NCBI RefSeq assembly: GCF_009914755.1
Contig: NC_060926.1
Source of the DNA: the human T2T-CHM13v2.0 reference genome, Homo sapiens
Reading direction: 5' to 3' (one strand)
Length of the DNA: 64,000 nt
The stretch's first letter is position 1, and each line of letters begins with the position of its first letter. The translations under genes were made by a program, and so were the position numbers. The notes beneath the pieces are model-generated. The model searched no databases and had not been told where the DNA came from. It was given only the letters and a program-made list of their open reading frames with translations. This document shows positions 1 through 16,259 of this stretch, in pieces.

Positions 1-1610
1 TCTTTGACTTCCTTCTTCTAAAGGTTGATTTTATAGGAGGCAATATTTTAAAGTATCAAGGCCACCTGGGAATTCATTTCAAGCTCACTTTGTGCCAGGG
101 AAGGGAAATTTTACTGAAAATTTCTTTTAAGTTCTAGCCAGAAAAAAAGCAATCTTAAGAATAAGGAAATAGACCCATCATTTTAAAACCCAGAAAAGAA
201 CCTTTCAACATAGCATTCCCCAGGTACCAAGCCTCCCTGATTAGTAGGAGGTTGCTTTGATTGTGACTGGTCAGGAACATACCTGGCCCTCCTCACCAGT
301 GTGTAAGTTCCTGGAGAGCTGTGACAAAATCGCCCACATCCACTCCTCCTGTGCCAACTTACCTATAGTATGCACTTCACAAATGGGCTGGTGGATTGCA
401 GGGGGCACTCAGTGGATAAGCCAGAAAAAACAAAGAGGGGTTTATATGTAGCTTTGCCCTCTCAGCTATGTCCCCAGAACTCAACTTCCTGGCTGGATGT
501 CCTCATGTTCAAAATGTGGACATCAAGACCTACCTCTCAGAGTTATTATAAAGATAAACAAAGTCACACATGGGAAATCACCTAACAGAGATGGACGTGG
601 TTGACAAGCAGGAAAGATTCGTTTGCCCTCCTCCCTCCTCCTTCCTTTCCTTCCTAATGAGGATAGCCTTGTCTTCATTGCTGCCATCGAATCTCTGATG
701 TCAGTGGTCACCCAACAGGGATCAGTGGTCACAGGTGGGCATGTGTGTTAAGACTGCAAAGTGTTCCCTGGTAACGTTTACTCATAAAGCAGTCAGCTGG
801 CCTGAGCTGCAGTAGGGATGGGGAATGCTGCTCCAGCATGCATCTCTGTCCCTAGGTCTCATCCGTTCCCTGAGGCCTTTGTCTGAATGGAGACCTGCAT
901 TGGGCTCACCACAGGCTCATACTCAGGCTCAGGATCAGGGACGTCTTGAGTTTTCCAGCATCCTTAACAATTTAGCAGCACACATTCTCAAAGGTTTGAT
1001 ACCTTTCATATAATATTTTTAGTACTGCTAGGAAGACACAGATGAATTAAATATGGGTACTTCTCTTCTGGGAACTTATTATCTTGAGTACAAGGAATTA
1101 AGAGTAGGAGGTGAGAAGAGGCACTCCCTTTGGCCACCCCCATGGTCTGGTGACTCTTGGAATCATGTTCACAGATGTCCGCCTCTTGGATGACAGCCTC
1201 CAGCCTTCCTGCTTTCTCACCCTCTCTCTTCTCAAAGCACCAGTGATTTGTCCTTTTCAGAATCGCGAACCCATAGATATCCCCTCTCTCTATCGGCCCT
1301 TTCTGCTTTTCCGTCCTTTTTGATCCAGCTTAATTTCTGTGCCCCATCTCTTCAACCATTTTCTTGCTGGTCTCTTCAGCACCCTTCCCATTTTTATTCC
1401 ATTACACTCACCAGACAAAACTTCAGGCTGGGTTGTATCGCTAGTCTGCTTCCTCTGTATCTCCACTGGGGCTGCTAGAGGAGGTTGGGAAATGAGTTTA
1501 CTCAGCCTCACAGGTGGTTGCTACCATTGGCACAGGACCACCACCCCCCACTGGGCTCTCACACTGCCCACCAGTCCTACAAAGCTTTCCTAGTCAGCTG
1601 CCCACAGTGA

Positions 1611-2061
1611 TGTAGAAGGAAAATAAATCTTGGGGCCTCCAAATCACTAAGCTAAAGGGAAAAGTCAAGCTGGGAACTGCTTAGGGCAAACCTGCCTCCC
1701 ATTCTATTCAAAGTCACCCCTCTGCTCACTGTGATAAATGCATATCTGATTGCCTCCTTTGGAAAGGCTAATCAGACACTCAGAAGAATGCAATTGTTTG
1801 TCTCTCACCTACCTGTGACCTGGAAGCTCCCTCCCTGCTTCAAGTTGTTCTGCCTTTCTGGAGGGAACCAGTGTACATCTTACATATATTCACTGATGTC
1901 TCATGTCTCCCTAAAATGTGTAAAACCAAGCTGTGCTCAGACCACCCTGAGCACATGTGGTCAGGACCTCCTGATGCTCTGTCATGGGTGGGTGTCCTCA
2001 ACCGTGGCAAAATAAACTTTCTAAATTAACTGAGACCTGTCTCAGATTTCCAAGGTTCACA
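1611..2061 (+). mobile_element. 5' LTR, MER4A1-like
   Basis: Begins TGTAGAAGGAAAATAAATCTTGGGG, ends GGTTCACA; AATAAA near the 3' end; about 90% identical to 15592-16046 by manual alignment. Confidence 0.88.
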
Positions 2062-2064
2062 TGT

Positions 2065-2082
2065 TGGTAACCACGAAGGGAT
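2065..2082 (+). other. Primer-binding site, tRNA-Arg-like
   Basis: TGGTAACCACGAAGGGAT lies 3 nt after the 5' LTR; resembles the Arg PBS TGGCGACCACGAAGGGAC. Confidence 0.7.
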
Positions 2083-2387
2083 TCTGAGTGGAGATGCCTC
2101 TTACCTTTGACAAATCTCCTACTGGTGTTTGGTACCAGCATGAGCTAACTTTATGGCTCAAACCAACAGGACAATTTGCTGAGGTCTGAAAGCATCTCCT
2201 TCAGAGAATTCCTGATCTCCCAAAATTTGGTCAAAATCAAAAGTTTATTTTGCTGTACAACTCCCTGTTTTTTTCTTTGTTTGTTTTGAGTTTTACTTGC
2301 TTCCAACAAGGAAGGCAAGATTTCCTGCTTCCCTGATGATGGAAGGCAGGTAACTCCTTTAAGGAGTTTGAGCTCACTCCCCGCAGG

Positions 2388-2823
2388 TAAGAGAGGAGAC
2401 CACCCCTCATATTGTCTTATGCCCAATTTCTGCCTCCAAAGAAAGAAGTAATAACTAAAAGGCAGAAATGAAATCCACAAGCAGACAGCCCGGTGACACA
2501 CCCTGGGCCTGGTAAAGATCGACCCCTGATCTAATCGGTTATTTGCATAAGAAAAGCACTGTGAAGATCCCTGTCATGTTCTGTTCCATTCTAACTACAG
2601 GTGCATGCAGCCCCCAGTCACATACCCCCTGCTTGCTCAATCTATCACGACTCTCTCATGTGGACCGCCTTAGAGTTGTGAGCCCTTAAAAGGGACAGGA
2701 ATTGCACACTCGGGGAGCTCGGTTGTTGGAGACGTGAGTCTTGCCGCAGCTCCAGGCCCAATAAAGCCCTTCCTTCTTTAATTTGGTGTCTGAGGGATTT
2801 TGTCTGCGGCTTGTCCTGCTACA
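2388..2823 (+). mobile_element. Solo LTR2-family element (HERV-E/Harlequin) nested in the MER4 leader
   Basis: TAAGAGAGGAGACCACCCCTCATATTGTC ... CTTGTCCTGCTACA; exact 4-bp TSD CAGG at 2384-2387 and 2824-2827; AATAAA at ~2760. Confidence 0.85.
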
Positions 2824-4119
2824 CAGGTAAGACGAGTTCAAGTTTTATTTCTTGCTTCTAGAACGGTAGTGAGCGGTCTTCAGCCTGAGACCCAACCCTA
2901 GGTAAGTAGCTGAATTGGGGTTTTGTCTTGGCTAAAGTTTAACAACCAGCTGGTCTTAATTTCTCCTTACCATTAGAGCACTCAGTAATCATATAAGTTG
3001 TGTGATCATTCATTTTGCTTAACTGTTTGTTTCTGTTTTTATTGCTGTTTCAGTCTTTTTCCCATTGGGTTTGACCTACTCTATCTGACTTGATCAAATC
3101 CAAAGGAAATTTCCAAATTATGGGGAATGAGGCCTCTGAAGTGGCTAAATTCCCACCCTCCCACACACACAAACGTGGTATGGTGGGGGAAAAAACGGCC
3201 AGCAAAAGAAAAAAAAAAAGGAAAAGATGTTTCATTTTGACCACCAAACGGGCTTTATTTACATAACAAGGCCACCTTTTTGCTAGCCAGGCCATACTGA
3301 AAGAGCAATGGCTGTTGCCCCATGCTGTGGGTTCCATAGCTAAGGTTCTGCCTTTTTTCCTACCACGACAGCCTGGGTTTGGTTCCTAAATCAAGCCTTT
3401 TCTGGTTTGATACTTGGTAATGCTGAAATAGCAGCAATTTGTCCTAGCTGAAATATCGTAATAAGATTTTAAAAGATTTATTTTAAAGGACCTCAATAGT
3501 TAAAAGTCAGCTTAATTAAAAGCTAACATCCAAGATGTGTGCATGTGTATGTATGCGTCTTTGTATTTAAATAGCCCTCATGTTTTTTTTTTCTTTCCTA
3601 GGAACTTGCCTTTTTTTGAGCAAAAGTTTTTTTCTTCTCTGTTGACTGGATTCTGTTTTCTTCATTTACTTCTGCTGTCTCTCCTTTCTCTTGCACCGTC
3701 TGCTGCATGAGAGCCCTAAAATAGTTTATAATAGCCTGGGGTTCCTTAAAGAAAATGGAGAAGGTGCCAGGCTCCCTTTTAGGGAGAAACTTCTATTTTT
3801 CCTTATGGAATCCCTAGAGTGTAAACAGACAAGTTCATTTCAGCTCTTAAACTGCTTGCGTTTGTGTTGTGTTACCTGATTTTTTTGACTATTATATTTT
3901 TGACTAGCTATTGCAACAGAAGCTACTCTTGGGTTTTCAAGGAAGATTGTAGTTTAGACATGTAGAAATGTCTTTTAAAAAAAAAACAAACTTTTTTTTA
4001 AGTGCACTGTAAAAGCATCATATGGTCTAGCCTCCTAATAATTTTCCCTTTTTGGAGACCAGGATTCAGGGTGGGCTCTGCCCAGAGCTCAGAGATCCAG
4101 TTAAAAGAGAGGTAGTCTC

Positions 4120-5017
<898 letters not shown>

Positions 5018-5828
5018 ATGTCAATAAAATTGGTCTCCTTATACAGTCCTATGGTAGATTTCTTTCCATCTTTAATCTCCCTCTAGCACCACCAGACTTT
5101 TTCTCTCTGTACCTTGAGATGTAAATTTTGCTATCTGAATTTTCGTCTAAGAGTTGTTTCCTTTAATATGCAAATTTAGGGTTATTTAGCTGACAACTGC
5201 CAAAGTAGTGAAACAAGTTATCAAGAACTTGAACGTCTAAGGTAGGAAAAAAAAAAGTCTTTATGAATCTATAAGATGTACTTCTATTGGCATGCCTAAT
5301 ACGTCTATGTATTTACGTGTTGTGTACACAGTTTTTCACTACTGAAAATATATAGAGGAGTTCTAATTAATTGACTTAAGACAATAAAAGCGCTTGAATC
5401 AAATACCTTATCAGGAAAAAGGAAAAGACAAGTCAAATGCTTGTTCAAGTTTATATAACTTAAGTAAAATCTTTAATAAATAAGCTAGCTTTAACATTAT
5501 TTGAAATGTCTTAAGAATTGCCAGCAGGTTCTGGGTTACAGAACTAGTGGGGGTGCAGTGGGGTGAGGGTTGGTGGGGTGGGGGGTGGTACGGGGGCTTC
5601 GTTTTTTCTTGCTGCCCCCTTCTGGGTTGGGGAAGTGGCAGGACCTTGGCAGCACCCCGAGCCGGCATGGCGCTAATAATGGAGGGATGCCAGACCCAAG
5701 TGGCTAAGGCCCGGCTGCAGAGCCAAGTTGGCATTTCCAGACTGGGGCTCGGGCCGCACCCTCTCCAGGACCCTCCCCTTGTACCGAGCAGATTGTCGCG
5801 GGCAGTTTGGGCCAGCTGTCCTGGCGTG

Positions 5829-6624
5829 GAATTTCCCAAATTCAACAAATCCTCCAAGAAATCAATCCATCCATTCATCCATCCATCCATCCATCCATCC
5901 ATCCATCCATCCATCCGTGGCAGATTATGAAGCATGGATCATTACTTTTGGGATGTGGATATATTCAGTTAACAAGGAGCAGCTTTCAAGAGCTGGATTT
6001 TATGCTTTAGGTGAAGGTGATAAAGTAAAGTGCTTTCACTGTGGAGGGGGGCTAACTGATTGGAAGCCCAGCGAAGACCCTTGGGAACAACATGATAAAT
6101 GGCATCCAGGGTGTAAATATCTGTTAGAACAGAAGACACGAAAATATATAAACAATATTCATTTATCCCATTCACTTGAGGAGTGTCTGGTAAGAACTGC
6201 TGAAAAAACGCCATCACTAACTAGAAAAATTGATACCATCTTCCATAATCCTATGGTACAAGAAGCTATATGAATGGGGTTCAGTTTCAAAGACATTAAG
6301 AAAATAATGGAGGAAAAAATTCAGACATCTGGGAGCAACTGTAAATCACTTGAGGTTCTGATTGCAGATCCAGTGAAGGCTCAGAAAGACAGTACACAAG
6401 ACGAATCAAGTCAGACTTCATTGCAGAAAGAGATTAGTACTGAAGAGCAGCTAAGACACCTGCAAGAGGAGAAGCTTTGCAAAATCTGTATGGATAGAAA
6501 TATTGCTGTCGTTTTTATTCCTTGTGGACATCCAGTCACTCGTAAACAATGTGCTGAAGTGGTTGACAAATGTCTCAAGTGGTACGCAGTCATTACTTTC
6601 AAGCAAAAAAATTTTATGTCTTAA
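5829..6624 (+). pseudogene. XIAP-derived coding remnant (linker-BIR3-UBA-RING), split by an in-frame TGA
   Basis: ORF track 5728..6273 and 6274..6624 are in the same frame, with no frameshift; BIR Zn ligands CxxC...H...C retained. Confidence 0.92.
5865..5916 (+). repeat. (CATC)n tetranucleotide microsatellite inside the XIAP remnant
   Basis: AATCCATCCATTCATCCATCC...CATCC directly visible. Confidence 0.95.
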
Positions 6625-7370
6625 TCTAACGCTATAGTAGGCATATTATGTTCGTATTATCCTGATTGAATGTGTGATGTGAACTGACTTTAAGTAATCA
6701 GGATTGAATTCCATTAGCATTTGCTACCAAGTAGGAAAAAAAAATGTAAATGGCAGTGTTTTAGTTGGCAATATAATCTTTGAATTTCTGGATTTTTCAG
6801 TTATTAGCTGTCTTATTTATCCAATTTTTTTTACTGTTATTTAATTGAAACCCTAGACTAAGAAGCATCATATTATAACTGATCACAATGTGTATTCATA
6901 GTATATTGACTTAATTTCTAAGTGTAAGTGAATTAATCATCTGAATTTTTTATTTTCAGATAGGCTTAACAAATAGAACATTCTGTATATAAATGTGTAG
7001 ATTAGAGTTAATCTTTCCAATCACATAATTCGTTTTATGTGAAAAAGGAATGAACTGTTCCATGCTGGTGGAAAGATAGAGATTATTTTTAGAGGTTTGT
7101 CGTTGTGTTTTGGGATTCTGTTTTCTTTTAAAATTGTAAATATGTACTTGTGTGAATGATTTTTTAAAATGATTTTACCATTTTTGGAAGGGTATTTAAT
7201 GATAGAATATCATCGAGCCAACATGCACTGACATAGAAAGATGTCAAAGATATATTAAGTGTAAAATGCAAGAGGGAAAACACTATGTACAGTCTGAGCC
7301 AAATCAAAGCATGTATGTTTTTTATATGTGTACAACAAAAGGTTTGGAAAGATATGCACCAAATTGTTAA

Positions 7371-7774
<404 letters not shown>

Positions 7775-8384
7775 CTGTTTAAATTTTTTATAAGTATGTA
7801 CTACTTTTGTAATCAGAATTATTAGAAAGCATTTTACTGATTTAAAAGCTTAGACATGTTCAAATGCCTGCAAAACTACTTAACACTCAGCTTTAGTTTT
7901 TCTAATCCAAAAAGGCCGGGCAGTTAATCTTTTTGGTGCCAATGTGAAATTTAAACGGTTTTATGTTTTTCCTGTGTTGTGAATGAAAAATATTTCTGAG
8001 TGGTGGTTTTTTGACAGGTAGACCATGTCTTGTCTTGTTTCAAAATAAGTATTTCTGATTTTGTAAAATGAAATATACAATATGTCACAGATCTTCCAAT
8101 TAAGTAGTAAGGGTTTATCCTTAATCCTTGCTAATTTAAGCTTGCATAAGTCACTTTACTAAAAGATCTTTGTTAAGCTAGTATTTTAAACATCTGTCAG
8201 CTTATGTAGGTAAAAGTAGAAGCATGTTTGTACACTGTTGTAGTTATAGTGACAGCTTTCCATGTTGAGGTTCTCATATCACCTTGTATCTTGAAGTTTC
8301 ATGTGAGTTTTTACCATTAGGATGATTAAGATGTATATAGGACAAAATATTAAGTCTTTCCTTTACCTAAGTTTGCTTTCTTGA

Positions 8385-8793
<409 letters not shown>

Positions 8794-10006
8794 AGTTTTT
8801 TAAATATATTTTTAAAAACACTTGAATAAGAGTCAGTGTAAACTAGAAGTTTAAAAATGCTTCACAGAACACCCAGGGTTTACATTACAAGATTCTCACA
8901 ACAAACCTATTGTAAAGGTGAGTAAGGCATGTTATTACAGAGAAAAGTTTGGGAGCAAAACTGTAAAAAATTATATTTTTGTTGTATTTTCTAAGAGAAA
9001 GAGTATTGTTATGTTCTCCTAACCTCTGTTGATTACTACTTTAAGTGATGTTCATTTAAAACATTGCAAATTTAAATAAGAGTTTTAAAAATTAAGTAAT
9101 GACTGCCCTGAAACAAAATCATTCCCAGCATACATTTTTGTTTGGATTTATCAATCAAGCAATTTTATACTTATCCCTGTCAAATACTATAAGGTGTCAA
9201 AATTTGGCATAGGGGTTACAAAACTATAAACCCAGCCAAAACAGAATAATCTTTGCTTTTTCAATCTTTGATTAAAAAGACATTACTATTGGTTTAATGA
9301 AAATAGCTACATCTTGCATTATTTAGTAAAATTACCATAACTTCTAACTTTGTGGCTTTAGGCAGTCTAGTCCACAGGCAGGAAGGAGGTTTGTTTTGGA
9401 AAATGACTGTTATCATCTTTTGTTTCAAAGCTAAACTATAAACTAAGTTCCTCCCAAAGTTAATTCAGCCTATGCCCAGGAATGAACAAGGACAGCTTGG
9501 ACGTTAGAAGCAAAATGGAGTCAGCTAGGTCAGATCTTTTTCACTGTCTCAGTGATGGCAGTTTCATAACTTTAAATGATGGCTATCACAGTTTTCATAA
9601 ATAATCTAGATAAACAGTTAAAATAAAATAATTAGGTAAATGTAATGGGATAAATATTTGTAGACAAACTCACCATAATTTAGAATCTAAAGTTAAATTA
9701 AATAATAAGTATTTCATTATTTGGGTATTTTCCAAGAAAAACATATTGTAGGAAACCATTCTTTCTAAAAAAAAAAGTGTCCTTTTAAAAAGGTGAATAA
9801 TTTTTGTCTAATTCAAAGTTTATTGAAAAGTTATGTATAAAACAAGGTAAAAGGAACAAGGAAATAAGGGAAATGTAAAGAAAATTATAGAAATAAAGTG
9901 GTATTTTTTGGTAAGAAAGCTTAAAGAGAAATAATTTTAGGTAAGAAAGAATCTTACCTAAAATTTTGTGCTAGAATAAAGTGACTGGCTAAGAAAGGGA
10001 TGTTCA

Positions 10007-12438
<2,432 letters not shown>

Positions 12439-15400
12439 AAGAAAAGGATGTTCACGACAAACCAGAAAGTCCAAGCATGTCATGAATAGTCTGTGTAAGT
12501 CACAATAAGAGGATTTATTTAAAAAAACTTTTATATGATAAAGTTGTCTATAATTAAAGGGAAATTATAATGGTCTTTCTAGAGATTGGGTTGATGTTAA
12601 AAAACTACTTATATATTAAAAAATTGGTTAGAACAATGAAATTTTCTTACGGGGTTGATTCACTCTTAATAAATTATAAGAGACTTAAGAATTTTTTTTT
12701 AACCCAAAGTTCAGCTTTTATTGCATCTTGCTGTTTTAGGTTTTCTCTCCCCTTTAAAAGGGTGGGAAATAGTAATGCCCTCCTTCAACTCCCTTCAGCT
12801 CATATACGTTTTTTACCCTCAGATTCTGTTTGTTGTGTCCTGATGCTAACAATGTTTTCTTAAAGGTCTAAAGGAAATGTTTTCTTCCAACATAATATTC
12901 TGTGCATTGCAGAAGGTCTTTTCTTTTGCCTTTTGGTAACTGGCTTAACAGATTTTATGTTTTATTGAAATAATTTCTATGCCATTATTATTAAGTTTTG
13001 GTTTGCTTAGAAAACACTGAGATTAATACAATTTTTTAAAAATTATGATTATTACATCCATATATCTTTATGTATGTGCTTTTAAAGTCCTTGTGACATT
13101 GAGTTATAGGGCTTGACTCCTGGGTCTTAAAAGGACAAGTCCTGCTAAATCTTAAATACTGACAGCAATTAAAGGCTCATCTTCAGGACTGGTAGAAAAT
13201 GCCAATCAAAATAAACTGCATTCTTGAAACACAGAGCCAGAAATTAAAGCTATTCAACTCAAGGCCCAGGAACTATAGTGGAAGAGGTGGGTGTGTGAGA
13301 TTGTAAGGGCCAATTTTGAGAGATAAAATAAGTTCAATTTCTCTATAAATTAATCATAATCATTGATGTCCAAGCCACACTGATGCAAGATCAGCATATG
13401 GGTCCTGTGTCAGATTAACAAGGTTTTCTTGAAGCATTAACCTACTCCTTAATAAAGGTTATAGAGGTTATAAAAGGCTTCTGGAAGTTATAGCTATGGT
13501 CAAGATAAAAATTTCATAGATTGTTAATACAATTTTGGAAAACAAATTTAATTGGCTTCTTGCTGTTTTTATTAGGGCTTATTGTTTGGAAAATTAAGTC
13601 TCGTCTCTCAAAGAATGAAGGCTTTCACCTTTTTTTTTTTTTTTTTTAATCCTTGAGTTATCACTTTGGTCAAATGAATGACTTATTTTACAATGACCTT
13701 TCATCAAGTGTTTTAAACCTTTCAAATTTGACAAACTTTCCAAAATCAAACTACAAATTATGTCTTTTTATGACCTAATGAATCCTTTAAGATACTAGGT
13801 TCCCTAAAGTCCAAAAAAAAAAAAAAAGTAACATAATGTGGCTTATTTGGTATAAAAATTTTACAGGAAGCATTGTCAAATATGAAATAGTGTTTGGTTT
13901 TGTTTGGGCTGTATTTGTATAAATATGTTATTGGTATGTGTTCCAAAATTATAGGAAACTCCTATAATTCTGATATGACTTGGTGTACATTATCAGTAAT
14001 AATTATAATTGTTATGGTAAATTATTGTGTGCCATGGAGGTAACAAATTTCCTCATCAAGTGTGTCTTTGACTATGGTTGCCCTAAAACTTTTTGCCATT
14101 CACAGACAATTGTCTTGCTTTGGTCCTCTTTAGAAGGTGGTTTTATAATCAGCTATAAAACTCTAACGGGTGCTCTTGAATGCAGGCTTAAGATAGCTTT
14201 GGAGACTGTGACATCAGAATAGAGGAAAAACTTTCAGTATTCATGGAGTGCTGAAATATTCATGAATATCAAGCAAAACAGGAATTAACTTCATAGATGG
14301 AACTAAAAGAATGCTGAAGTAATCTTTTTGACTTTTTTTCTTAAAATGTTGATCCTTCGTTTTGTTTTTCAGAGTCAAGGAAATTTTTCTGTTGAGATAT
14401 TGACAGCTTTTAACAATTAAGTATACTCCAGTGAACACAATTTGGAGCATATTTGTTTCTCTCTATATATATTTGGAAACAATTTTTGAGTATTCTTAAC
14501 TTATGGCAATATATTTACATAAGTACAATAAGAATCTATTTTCATTTGTAACAGAACACAGTTGGACAAACTGTTTATTTTACCAAGGCTTTGACTGCAA
14601 TGCTGTCTTTACTTTAAGGAATCAAACTTGACTTATGGAGCCAATAAAAGCCCCTTAGGAAAACTGGCCTAATATCTTGTCTACCCAGTCCCCGTACAGG
14701 GTTCCTGACCTGTGGTAATTAAAGAATGTCACTCTGACAGGCCCAGGAGCCCAAAGTTTATCTTGGAATCTCAAGAGGAGAGGAATTCACCCAACTCATA
14801 GGTATTTTGATGGTACAAATCCATGGCTGGGCTCAGCTTTACAAAAGTCTTATTTGAGATTCCTTCTATGGAACAAAGTTACATCAAAGCCAATTTAAAA
14901 GTCCGTCAAAAACTAGTTATTCTTGCTGCACTGTATACAAATAAACAGCTCAAGTATAATAAAGCAAATCAGTCCTACCATGATTTGTCTAGTAAAAATG
15001 GGAAACTGGAGAGAGAAAAATTGTTTCATAAAACTATAGTACACTTGTTGGTAGATTCTAGTCTTGCTTAATGTTTTTCAATTTTTATTATTTTCTACAG
15101 TTTGGACTGAATTCTAATTTTTCTTGGCTATAGGTCTTTAAAATAATGTTTTCAATTTTTTTTCTTCTTTTCCACCCCAAGTTTTCCTAATTGAGAGTCA
15201 CTGAAAACTAAGCTATGCTTTTGTAAAGCCCTCCAAACTGAAGCTAGACAACTTAAACTTCAGAAGAAAACAACAGCAACCTATTTACATACATAAGCCA
15301 CTTTCGTATGTGCCTACTGATGTATAGACTTCAGAGGAATGTGGCCTATATCAATTTTACAGATTGTTCTTTTGTTTATTGTTGTTTTCCTCCCTTCCTC

Positions 15401-15572
15401 CCCCTATTTTCTCTTCACAGGACATGAAACTTCACAACCTGCTAAAAATGAACTTTCCTAATAACTCAGAACCTACCTGTCTAGGAATAAACCATCCTAG
15501 CCTTGAGCAATCAGATGAAACCTGGGACCAGAGACTCATTTTCTTCTAAAATGCTTTCTCTAAAAGATTTTT

Positions 15573-15591
15573 AAAAAGAAAAGGGGGGAAA
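15573..15591 (+). other. Polypurine tract
   Basis: AAAAAGAAAAGGGGGGAAA immediately before the 3' LTR. Confidence 0.85.
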
Positions 15592-16046
15592 TGTGAAAGG
15601 AAAATAAATCTTGGGGCCTCCAAATCACAAAGCTAAAGGAAAAAGTCAAGCTGGGAACTTCTTAGGGCAAACCTGCCTGTCTTTCTATTCAAAGTCATCC
15701 CTCTGCTCACTGAGATAATTGCACATCTGATTGCCTCCTTTGGAAAGGATAATCAGAAACTCAAAGAATGCAACTGTTTGTCTCTCACCTACCTGTGACA
15801 TGGAAGCCCCCTCCCTGCTTCAAGTTGTCCTGCCTTTCTAGGCAGAACCAGTGTACATCTTACATATATTGATTGATGACTTACGTCTCCCTAAAATATA
15901 TAAAACCAAGCTGTGCTCTTACCACCTTGGGCACATGTGGTCAGGACCTCCTGATGCTCTTGTCGTGAGTGGGTGGGTGTTCTCAACCTTGGAAAAATAA
16001 ACTTTCTAAATTAACTGAGACCTGGGTCAGATTTTTGGGGTTCACA
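15592..16046 (+). mobile_element. 3' LTR, MER4A1-like
   Basis: TGTGAAAGGAAAATAAATC ... GGGGTTCACA; direct repeat of 1611-2061. Confidence 0.9.
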
Positions 16047-16259
16047 GCAACAATTTAAAAAACTCACCATTGACCTGAAATTTTGACCTTATGCTGTTCC
16101 TCACACTCAGCCATGAAAATAGACACCATCCTATGAGTTCCCTCAGCCATGTCCTGCCACACTTCCAACATGTGTCCCCATCCACCATCTGTTTTCTTAT
16201 TGCTGCATCCTACCCAGGCCCTGATCTCTGGACCCATTGTTGTATAATTAAGAATTTGG

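Noticed and set aside
697-732. Short direct repeat TCAGTGGTCAC x2 (a similar small duplication lies at ~57164-57201)
   Set aside because: Only two copies, consistent with ordinary slippage; no array or CRISPR-like structure.
5411-5935. 174-aa minus-strand ORF with MDGW repeats
   Set aside because: Antisense reading of the (CATC)n microsatellite and the GC-rich leader; no protein family signal.
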